A stretch of 26,740 nucleotides of DNA from Fidelibacterota bacterium (GTDB lineage: Bacteria > Fidelibacterota > Marinisomatia > Marinisomatales > JABMOV01). A program made the translations under genes and the position numbers. Below, in pieces: positions 19,023 to 26,740 of this stretch. The notes under the pieces are model-generated. The model had not been told where the DNA came from, did no database searches, and worked only from the letters and a program-made list of their open reading frames with translations. The DNA lies in NCBI GenBank assembly GCA_046861395.1, contig JBHHUC010000026.1:1-26740 (forward strand). The letters are read 5' to 3'. The stretch's first letter is position 1. Every line of letters starts with the position of its first letter.

Positions 19023-21955
19023 ATTATCCGCGACTGCATAGAATATTGGCAGGACTGGCCCTGCTGTTCTCATTTATTGTCTATTTCCTGACCATGGCAC
19101 CCACCGTCTCCTACTGGGACTGCGGTGAATTCATTGCCACATCATACATCCTGGGTGTTCCCCATCCTCCGGGAAGTCCCCTCTTCCTGATCATGGGACG
19201 GGTCTTTTCCATGTTGCCGGTGAATCCCGACATTGCTTTCCGGGTGAACCTGATGTCACCCATTGCCAGTGCCTTTGCCGTCATGTTTCTGTACCTGATC
19301 ATCGCCCAGACAATTGTCCACTGGCGGGGCAAGGTCCGAGATATGGACAACGCCGTAATCACCTATGGTTCGGCCTTTGTGGCTGCAATGACCTTTGCCT
19401 TTACCGATAGTCATTGGTTCAATGCCGTGGAATCGGAAGTTTATGCCATTTCCACCCTGTTCACGGCCATCGTGGTATGGCTGATCCTGCAGTGGTCGGA
19501 ACATGCCGACGAAAAGGGAAGTGAACGATATATCCTCCTGATTGCCTATATGCTGGGGTTGGCCACCGGTGTTCATCTACTGAATCTCCTGGCCCTGCCC
19601 TTCATTGCCCTGATCATTTATTTCCGGAAACTGGATTTCGAATGGAAAACATTCCTGATCATGATGGGAATTACCGGCCTGACGTTCATCGTCATCCATA
19701 ACGGCATTATCAAGGGCCTGCCGCGGCTGGCGAAATATATCGGTCTCTATGGATTGGCTGCCGTGATTATTCTGATCTTTGTGGCCATGGTCTGGGCCAT
19801 CATGACGCGCCATCGTCTTCTGTCCACGATGCTCACATCGGTAGTGTTGATTCTCGTCGGCTATTCCAGTTATTCGGTAATTTTTATCCGGTCCAACCAG
19901 GATCCGGCCATTGATGAAAATAACCCTGAAACCATTTCCGCCGCCATCTCCTACCTGGAACGGGAACAATACGGAGAAATCGGACAATTACCACGGAAAT
20001 TTAACGGATTGCCGCCCATTCATGAAGTCAGCGGTCCGCCTGCCCAGGGACGGGAATACAGTGCCCTGCAAAAACGGAAATACATGTTCTACCAGCCGGA
20101 AAAACAATGGGATTTTTTCTGGAATTACCAGGTAAAAAAAATGTATTGGCGGTATTTCCTGTGGCAGTTTGCCGGACGGGGGCCGGCCACGGAACCGGGC
20201 GTTACGCCTTTTGGGGCCAATAATCGGCAGGACGGTGTGGACTGGAATCAATTCGGGTTACCCCTGGCCCTTCTCCTGGGAATGGGAGGAATGATTTATC
20301 ATTTTTACCGCGATGAAAAGGAAGCGCTGTCCATCTTTACACTCTTTTTCATGACCGGCTTAGCCGTTATTATTTATCTGAATCAGGATAATCCCCAGCC
20401 ACGGGAACGGGACTATTCCTATGTGGGCAGTTTTCTCGCCTTTTCCGTCTGGATTGGGGTGGGTATCGCCGCGGTAATGGAAAAGCTGAAATCCTTCTTT
20501 TCTGACAAACAACTGGCGACCCGCATGAATATGGCCGTGGCCGGACTCCTGTTTATAACGGTACCCGGTGTGATGTTGCAGGTCAATTACGATCAACATG
20601 ACCGCAGCGGTAATTATGTCGCCTGGGATTACAGCTATAACTTATTACAGTCCTGTGAACCCAACGGGATTATTTTCACCAATGGTGATAACGATACCTT
20701 CCCGCTCTGGTATTTACAGGAAGTGGAAGGCATCCGCAAAGATGTTACGGTGGCTAACCTGAGTCTGTTAAATACGCCGTGGTACATCAAGCAATTGCGC
20801 GATTCCCGTCCCCCGGGCGAGCGATTCATCAATCTTGACGATAATCAGATAAAGGACCTGGCTTCAGGCCTCACGCCATGGAAGGCGCAGAAAATTCGGA
20901 TTCCCGTGAAGAATGATCCGCTGAATACTGAAGGATACCTGGAATGGACGCTGAAACCGACCTATGCCGGCCAGGCGTTGAAAGTCCAGGATATGATGAT
21001 TCTACGTATCATCTCCGACAGCCAGTGGAATTTCCCCATTTATTTTGCCGTCACCGTTTCACCGTCCAACCGGTTGGGATTGGAAGAATACCTCGCTATG
21101 GAAGGTCTGACCTTCCACCTGATAGGACATAAGGTGGATGCCATCGATCCGGATAAAATGTATGAAAATCTAATGACAGATATCGGGGATGTGAGCTGGT
21201 CACGCGAATTCACGCCCTCGTCACTACAGAATGTGAATAATCCTGATATCCGGACCATGTCCCGGGAATATCAGGCCGGTTATCTATTCCGGAATCTGGG
21301 CAATGAAGATGTGTATTACAATCCCCAGATCATTCGTTTGCTGCAGAATTACCGTTCGGCCTACATGCAATTAGCGGTACACTATTATTTCAAGTTCCAG
21401 AAAGCACGGGAGGCCGGTGACGATGCTGAAACGGAACAGCTCCGATTGAAAATCCTTGAAATCATGGATAAAATGGAAGCGAATATTCCGGCGGCAACCA
21501 TCGCCATGGATTCCAAGGATCTTTACTTCCAGATCGGGCAATTATATTATGACACCGATGCCCCGGAAAAACTGGAAGCCATCATCGAAGATTTACTGAC
21601 ACGGAAGGATATTACCATCGCCGATCGCATGCGGTACGGATATTCCTATATGCAACAACTGGAAAAACCGGAAGAAGGCACGGCGGTTTTCGAATCGCTT
21701 TACAATGAATTCAAGGCCCGGGAAAATGAAGTGGAAGCCAAGGGCCTGAATCGGACGGGAATGACACAGCGACAATGGAATGATTGGCAGCGTAATTATT
21801 CTGAAATTGTGTCTGCCCTGGTCCATGCCTATCGCCAGACGGGCCGGTTGGAGGAAGCCCAAATGGTGCTGTCCGATTGGGTGGAACGTAATCCCAGTGA
21901 CACACGGGCTAAAAAACTGCTGAGCGACATTCAATCGGGACAGAATTCGGACTGA
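19019..21955 (+). CDS. DUF2723 / TMEM260-like membrane glycosyltransferase (GT-C fold) with C-terminal helical/TPR-like region
   Basis: PTVSYWDCGEFIA, VPHPPGSP, WFNAVESEVY, PRERDYSYVGS, FTNGDNDTFPLWY, many TM segments. Confidence 0.85.
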   Translation: MNYPRLHRILAGLALLFSFIVYFLTMAPTVSYWDCGEFIATSYILGVPHPPGSPLFLIMGRVFSMLPVNPDIAFRVNLMSPIASAFAVMFLYLIIAQTIVHWRGKVRDMDNAVITYGSAFVAAMTFAFTDSHWFNAVESEVYAISTLFTAIVVWLILQWSEHADEKGSERYILLIAYMLGLATGVHLLNLLALPFIALIIYFRKLDFEWKTFLIMMGITGLTFIVIHNGIIKGLPRLAKYIGLYGLAAVIILIFVAMVWAIMTRHRLLSTMLTSVVLILVGYSSYSVIFIRSNQDPAIDENNPETISAAISYLEREQYGEIGQLPRKFNGLPPIHEVSGPPAQGREYSALQKRKYMFYQPEKQWDFFWNYQVKKMYWRYFLWQFAGRGPATEPGVTPFGANNRQDGVDWNQFGLPLALLLGMGGMIYHFYRDEKEALSIFTLFFMTGLAVIIYLNQDNPQPRERDYSYVGSFLAFSVWIGVGIAAVMEKLKSFFSDKQLATRMNMAVAGLLFITVPGVMLQVNYDQHDRSGNYVAWDYSYNLLQSCEPNGIIFTNGDNDTFPLWYLQEVEGIRKDVTVANLSLLNTPWYIKQLRDSRPPGERFINLDDNQIKDLASGLTPWKAQKIRIPVKNDPLNTEGYLEWTLKPTYAGQALKVQDMMILRIISDSQWNFPIYFAVTVSPSNRLGLEEYLAMEGLTFHLIGHKVDAIDPDKMYENLMTDIGDVSWSREFTPSSLQNVNNPDIRTMSREYQAGYLFRNLGNEDVYYNPQIIRLLQNYRSAYMQLAVHYYFKFQKAREAGDDAETEQLRLKILEIMDKMEANIPAATIAMDSKDLYFQIGQLYYDTDAPEKLEAIIEDLLTRKDITIADRMRYGYSYMQQLEKPEEGTAVFESLYNEFKARENEVEAKGLNRTGMTQRQWNDWQRNYSEIVSALVHAYRQTGRLEEAQMVLSDWVERNPSDTRAKKLLSDIQSGQNSD

Positions 21956-21967
21956 CCCGTCTCCGTC

Positions 21968-23002
21968 TTGGATAAGCCGTCCCGCATGGTTTCAATCATC
22001 ATTCCCCATTGGAACGGGGTGGACATTTTGGAGGAATGCTTATCCTCATTGCTGCAAACCCGGTACGCGGATCGGGAAATCATTGTAGTCGATAATGCTT
22101 CCACAGATGACAGCGTTGCCACAATTAAAACATCATTTCCTTCCGTTATTGTCGTGGAAAATGATGAAAACCGGGGATATGCCGGGGGATGTAACACGGG
22201 TGCGGCTCAGGCCCAGGGGGACATCCTGGTCTTTCTTAACAATGATACGGTTCAGGATCCAGGCTGGCTGGAACCCCTGGTGAATATATTTACTCATGAT
22301 TCTGCAGTGGCTGCCGTACAGCCGAAAATCAAGAATTATTACCAACGGGATTTATTCGATTATGCCGGCGGTGCCGGCGGTGAAATGGATATGTTCTGTT
22401 TTCCCTTTGCTCGGGGCAGGATATTTACTACCCTGGAAGAAGACAAAGGACAATACGATGATTCTATTCCTATTTTCTGGGCCTCCGGCACGGCCCTGGC
22501 AGTCCGGGCGGCAGTCTTCAAAGCCGCCGGTGGTTTTGACGAATCCTTTTTTGCTCACATGGAAGAAATTGATCTTTGCTGGCGGTTTCACCTCATGAAC
22601 TATACAGTTCGTTCCGCGCCGGCCTCCGTTGTATATCATAAAAATGCCGTCACCCTGCCGGCTACATCCGCGAAAAAATATTATCTGAACCACCGTAACT
22701 CACTTGTTATGCTGTTGACGAATTATCGTTTGCCAGCTACGATTTATTTATTCCCCATTCGTTTCGGCCTGGAATTGCTGGCCCTGCTTTATGCCCTTAT
22801 TCAGCGGGACTGGAATCATATTGCGGGGATCCTTCGGGCATTGGTGTGGGTTGTTTTCCATCCCGGTTATATCCGACGAAAACGTCGGAAGGTTCAGCGC
22901 TTACGGAACAGAACAGATCGGGAAATCATGGGTAAAATGTATTCCGGAAGTATTGTCGTGGCTTATTATCTGCTAAGGCGAAAATTTTATTCGGACATTT
23001 GA
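21968..23002 (+). CDS. Glycosyltransferase family 2
   Basis: VSIIIPHWN, IVVDNASTD, NRGYAGGCN, FLNND, WASGTAL, GGFDESFFAHMEEIDLCWR. Confidence 0.92.
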   Translation: MDKPSRMVSIIIPHWNGVDILEECLSSLLQTRYADREIIVVDNASTDDSVATIKTSFPSVIVVENDENRGYAGGCNTGAAQAQGDILVFLNNDTVQDPGWLEPLVNIFTHDSAVAAVQPKIKNYYQRDLFDYAGGAGGEMDMFCFPFARGRIFTTLEEDKGQYDDSIPIFWASGTALAVRAAVFKAAGGFDESFFAHMEEIDLCWRFHLMNYTVRSAPASVVYHKNAVTLPATSAKKYYLNHRNSLVMLLTNYRLPATIYLFPIRFGLELLALLYALIQRDWNHIAGILRALVWVVFHPGYIRRKRRKVQRLRNRTDREIMGKMYSGSIVVAYYLLRRKFYSDI

Positions 23003-23841
23003 TCCAAGGCCGCGCCGTAGCGATCCTCATGATCGGGATCCAGTAAAATCATTTCCTCCAGGTGATCTTTTAATCCCAGCATTTGCAATGCATCCGCGAT
23101 TTCGTTGGCGTGGGAATTCATAAAATATAAGGTATATCTTTCCCGCGGGGAGGCATTCAGGGCTTCTTTCAATCCCTGGATGAAATGGTTAAACTGATTG
23201 GCCGCTTCCTGCAATTCTCCGTCTTTGATCAGATCCAATCCATAATAAAAAGCAAACTTGGCCCGGCGCAGACCGAAATTGGAGCTGAGTTCGTCTATCA
23301 GATTGAGACGCGCTTCCCATCCCTTATTGTATTCTGAAATAATTCCCCGCATTGCAATTTCGCGGGCCTGTTCGTAGGCCCCGGTTCCCGCCAGGGGATC
23401 ATAGGTATCCATTTCGCCAGCCAGCAGAATAAAGGCATAATAACCCAGAAAACTGGTCAAAGGATCAAATACGACCGGATCAAAATACAAAGAGGAAGAA
23501 CTATTATACACAAACTGCACCGATTTATCCAAATACCGCTGATCCAGACCGACAGAAAAGAGGGCCTGGCATTGAAAAACGGTGATGGCGCCTTTAGCGG
23601 TCGTATTTTCAAAAATAAGGGAAATGGAAGGACGAAGAGCCAGGTCGGAATAATCCTCATCCCATATGTTTTGGGTGAATAGACGACTGACTTCCGATTC
23701 CAGAGTGAGGAGAGCTTGGCGATCACTGTCCCGCAGCATCCTGTCATCCAGGGTCAACTGAATGGATTGGAATTGGCCATAGGTCCCACCGACGAAAAGG
23801 AGACAAAACAGGATAAGTTTGTTAGGTGAATTTCGCATCAT
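22987..23841 (-). CDS. DUF4835-family (PorD-like) exported protein
   Basis: Signal peptide and LTSFLGYYAFILLAGEMDTYDPLAGT.AYEQA..I...GW pattern, recognised by eye. Confidence 0.65.
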   Translation of the reverse strand: MMRNSPNKLILFCLLFVGGTYGQFQSIQLTLDDRMLRDSDRQALLTLESEVSRLFTQNIWDEDYSDLALRPSISLIFENTTAKGAITVFQCQALFSVGLDQRYLDKSVQFVYNSSSSLYFDPVVFDPLTSFLGYYAFILLAGEMDTYDPLAGTGAYEQAREIAMRGIISEYNKGWEARLNLIDELSSNFGLRRAKFAFYYGLDLIKDGELQEAANQFNHFIQGLKEALNASPRERYTLYFMNSHANEIADALQMLGLKDHLEEMILLDPDHEDRYGAALDQMSE

Positions 23842-23994
23842 CTAAAAATAGAGGGCTTTATCATTTTAGCGCAAGGGAAACATGAGGAAATTTAAGGATC
23901 ACGGAAAACTCTCAAATGTCTGAGGGATGGGCATTCGGTCGGGAAATCCGCCCTTATGCAACACCTAACGGCGTTGCGGTTTTTGGCATAATCA

Positions 23995-24743
23995 TTTGCT
24001 ATAGACATTCGATCCCGCTGGGATCGTTTTTTACCAACGAAGATTCATTATCATGGATTTAAACAAAAGCGATATTTCGTCAGAATTGGGGGTATTTATC
24101 TGTTAGTTGACATTCCTATAACCCCAGCGGGGTTGTATGCCATTTGTTATTATCCAAATAATCTTTTATTATGCAACACCTACGGCGTTGGGGTTAGATG
24201 TCTGTAGCCACCAGATTGCCAGAACCCACCAACCCCAGCGGGGTTGTATATCATTCGTATTATTACAATCAACTGTTCCCATTCAACACCTACGGCGTTG
24301 GGGTTTTTTACATAAACGTTTGCTATAGACATTCGATTCCTACGGAATCTTTCTTTGCCAGAACAAATTCCAGTCTGTTAAATCACAGCAAAATACAGGA
24401 AAGTATAGAATATTTCTTGATATTTTATTAACCCCATAGTTCAAAGCGGTAGGATATACGCTAATAACCCCGTAGGGGTTAGATGTCTGTAGCCACCAGA
24501 TTGCCAGAACCCACCAACCCCAGCGGGGTTGTATATCATTCGTATTATTACAATCAACTGTTCCCATTCAACACCTACGGCGTTGGGGTTTATTGCATAA
24601 ACGTTTGCTATAGACATTCGATCCCGCTGGGATCGTTTTTTACCAACGAAGATTCATTATCATGGATTTAAACAAAAGCGATATTTCGTCAGAATTGGGG
24701 GTATTTATCTGTTAGTTGACATTCCTATAACCCCAGCGGGGTT
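23995..24743 (+). repeat. 140-bp direct repeat: 23995-24134 and 24604-24743
   Basis: Identical by manual comparison, offset 609 bp. Confidence 0.92.
24190..24622 (+). repeat. 148-bp direct repeat: 24190-24337 and 24475-24622
   Basis: Two mismatches by manual comparison, offset 285 bp. Confidence 0.92.
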
Positions 24744-25104
24744 ACATATCTATAGAAAGCTTATCACAAAATCCACCAACCTCGTAGAGGTTGCATGTCA
24801 GTTGCCATATCCATACCATCATTTCTTATGCAACACCTAACGGCGTTGGGGATCTTCTGTTATCATTTGCTATAGACATTCGATCTCCCGACCTACGACG
24901 CGGGACTATAAGCCCCCGGGATCCGCTGGAATACCATGATGAATATTGGAGGTTTCTTGATATTTCGATTACCCCGGAGGGGTAATATGTCTGTAGAAAG
25001 TAATTTGCCAGAACCTACCAACCCCAGCGGGGTTGTATATCATTACCATTATAATCATTTGTTCCTATTCAACACCTAAAGGTGTAAGGGGCGGCAGTCA
25101 CATT

Positions 25105-25866
25105 TCAATCCGGCAGCAGGGTCACGAATTCCTCCACCGTAAGGGTTTCGGGACGGCGATCCAGTCCCAGGGAATCGGCGGCCGGAGACAACTGAAAACC
25201 CTTCAGAGAATTGCGCAGCATTTTCCGGCGCTGATTGAAGGCCGCCGCCACCAGTTTCTCGAACCGTTCATAACGTTCCCACGATACGGCCGGTGCTGAG
25301 CGGGGAACCAAACGAATAATGGCCGAATTGACCTTGGGTCGGGGAATAAAAACATCGGGCGGTATGGTCAATAATTGTTCCACCTCCATGAAAGATCGCA
25401 CCATCACGGTAAGGCGACCGTAGGTTTTGGTCCCCACCGGGGCGACCAGGCGTTCCGCCACTTCCTTCTGCACCATGAGGAAGGCATCCTTCCAGCGGCC
25501 ATGTTGCTCCGTGAGCCAGAATAAAATGGGTGACGTAATATTGTAGGGAATATTACCCATGACCCGCACCGGCAACGAAAAAGGCAGGGAATCCAGTTCC
25601 AGGAAAAGGACATCGCCGTGGATGATATGGACGGTGGCCAAATTTTCCTGCCGGCGCAGATGCCGGATGAGGAGAGGATCGATTTCAATCACTGCCAACC
25701 GCTTCACCAATGGCAGGAGTTTTTCCGTAAGCACGCCTTCGCCGGGACCGATTTCCAGGATTCGGTCTTCGGGACGGGGATCAATAATCCGGATGATTTT
25801 ATTTAGCAGATTGGTGTCGGCCAGGAAATTCTGGCCCCATTTTTTGCGGAAGGGGTGGGATGTCAT
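25105..25866 (-). CDS. rsmA: 16S rRNA (adenine-1518/1519-N6)-dimethyltransferase
   Basis: KKWGQNFL, LEIGPGEGVLT, GNIPYNITSPI, MVQKEVAERL, YGRLTV, FNQRRKMLRNSL, RPETL. Confidence 0.96.
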   Translation of the reverse strand: MTSHPFRKKWGQNFLADTNLLNKIIRIIDPRPEDRILEIGPGEGVLTEKLLPLVKRLAVIEIDPLLIRHLRRQENLATVHIIHGDVLFLELDSLPFSLPVRVMGNIPYNITSPILFWLTEQHGRWKDAFLMVQKEVAERLVAPVGTKTYGRLTVMVRSFMEVEQLLTIPPDVFIPRPKVNSAIIRLVPRSAPAVSWERYERFEKLVAAAFNQRRKMLRNSLKGFQLSPAADSLGLDRRPETLTVEEFVTLLPD

Positions 25867-26717
25867 GCTGATGAATCAATATCGATGGAATCTAAAGGAC
25901 TTTTTACTTTTTGCAAAGCGGCCCGGGAGATTTGCGTGTATATCTGTGTCGTTTCCAACCGTTTATGACCCAACAATTCCTGGATAAAACGGATATCGGT
26001 GCCGTGTTCCACGAGGTGGGTAGCGAAACTATGGCGCAGGGTGTGGACGGTGGCGTGTTTTTTTATTCCGGCCCTTCTGACCGCCCGAGCCATGACGGCC
26101 TGGACAGAGCTGGAACTGTACCGTCCCCCGGCCTGTCCTTCGAATAAAAAGTCCCGGGGTTGATAGCGCTCAAGATAGGTGCGCAGGATGGTTTTCAGCC
26201 CTTCCGCCAGGATGGTCTGGCGATCTTTTTTCCCCTTTCCTTGTTTTACCGTGATGATGTTTCGGTCAAAATCGAGATTATTAACCCTGAGGTTTAACAA
26301 TTCGCTCAGGCGAAGTCCTGTGGAATACAGCGTCATGAGCATAACCCTGTGCTTCAGGTTTTGGGGCGTGTTGAGCAAGCGGATAATTTCCGCTTCCGAC
26401 AACACTGTCGGATGGTGTTTTTCCCGGCGTATCCGGACTTCCAGAGCCTCCGGCACAGGTTGTTTCAACACATGGATATACATGATTTTCAATGCGGCGA
26501 TGGTTTGTCGTAATGCGGACCGGGAACGGTGTTTCCCATTCTTTATATAGAACAAGTATTCTTCAATAACCTGATTGTTTACATCCGTTTTGGAAAGAGT
26601 GATCAGCCAGTCGGCAAAATGACCGAGGGCCGAAAGGTACGAAGCAATAGTTTGCTTGCTATAGTTCCTGACCGTTAATTTCTGTTGAACTATTTGTAAT
26701 AGTTGGCTTTTGCGCAT
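25863..26717 (-). CDS. IntI-like tyrosine recombinase/integrase lacking the I2 insertion
   Basis: N-terminal RNYSKQTIASY domain, YSTGLRLSE (R), GKGKKDR (K), HTLRHSFATHL (HxxR), QELLGH (H), TTQIY (Y). All catalytic residues present. Confidence 0.92.
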   Translation of the reverse strand: MRKSQLLQIVQQKLTVRNYSKQTIASYLSALGHFADWLITLSKTDVNNQVIEEYLFYIKNGKHRSRSALRQTIAALKIMYIHVLKQPVPEALEVRIRREKHHPTVLSEAEIIRLLNTPQNLKHRVMLMTLYSTGLRLSELLNLRVNNLDFDRNIITVKQGKGKKDRQTILAEGLKTILRTYLERYQPRDFLFEGQAGGRYSSSSVQAVMARAVRRAGIKKHATVHTLRHSFATHLVEHGTDIRFIQELLGHKRLETTQIYTQISRAALQKVKSPLDSIDIDSSA

Positions 26718-26740
26718 GTTTATTCGATTAAAACCTAATA

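Larger units (their letters stand above)
23959..25085. repeat. Non-coding array of 18 short hairpins in ~170-bp four-hairpin inverted units (REP/REPIN/BIME-like)
   Basis: Hairpins start at 23959, 24010, 24120, 24174, 24230, 24284, 24334, 24465, 24515, 24569, 24619, 24728, 24777, 24831, 24881 (interrupted), 24968, 25019 and 25070. Conserved ATRTCTRTAG / CTATAGACAT motifs abut the outer hairpins. Confidence 0.92.

Noticed and set aside
571..23747. Numerous antisense and alternate-frame ORFs overlapping the main genes
   Set aside because: Shadow ORFs of well-supported genes with no motifs of their own.
24137..24985. Short ORFs in the array, including two starting MSVATRLPEPTNPSG
   Set aside because: They are by-products of the DNA duplication. 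They have no RBS, and sequence changes preserve base pairing rather than codons.
23959..25085. CRISPR array
   Set aside because: There are four different hairpin types in inverted arrangement rather than one direct repeat. The intervening sequences are duplicated or homologous, and no cas genes are in the window.
23959..25085. attC cassette array belonging to the nearby integrase
   Set aside because: AAC...GTT occurs in the hairpins, but they are only ~17 nt, lack L boxes and extrahelical bases, and enclose no cassette-like ORFs.
25863..26717. Calling the gene intI or xerC/xerD
   Set aside because: It lacks the I2 insertion that defines IntI, and its N-terminus and GKGKKDR motif look IntI-like rather than Xer-like. 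No symbol assigned.

Overview
Bacterial chromosomal window, mostly ~50-55% GC by eye. Gene content (DUF4835/PorD-like, DUF2723, DUF1844, GEGNGG-type phosphohexomutase) suggests the FCB group, possibly Marinimicrobia-like; this taxonomy is inference. The + strand carries rpsU, a phosphohexomutase, deoC, a two-domain ALDH16-type aldehyde dehydrogenase, a 7TM diguanylate cyclase, rlmD, a K+ channel with a stand-alone cNMP-binding protein, valS, DUF4139, recG, a methyltransferase, DUF1844, DUF2723/TMEM260-like and a GT2. The - strand carries an IntI-like tyrosine recombinase, rsmA/ksgA and DUF4835. Three accessory features stand out. (1) A lone AT-rich ORF followed by a well-formed 132-bp attC site, i.e. 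an integron-type gene cassette. (2) An intact IntI-like recombinase that lacks the integron-specific I2 insertion and overlaps the rsmA start codon. (3) A ~1.1-kb non-coding array of 18 short hairpins spaced ~50 bp apart in four-hairpin inverted units, with compensatory stem changes, strand-specific stable loops, shuffled duplications, a nested 27-bp insertion, and another copy at the window start.
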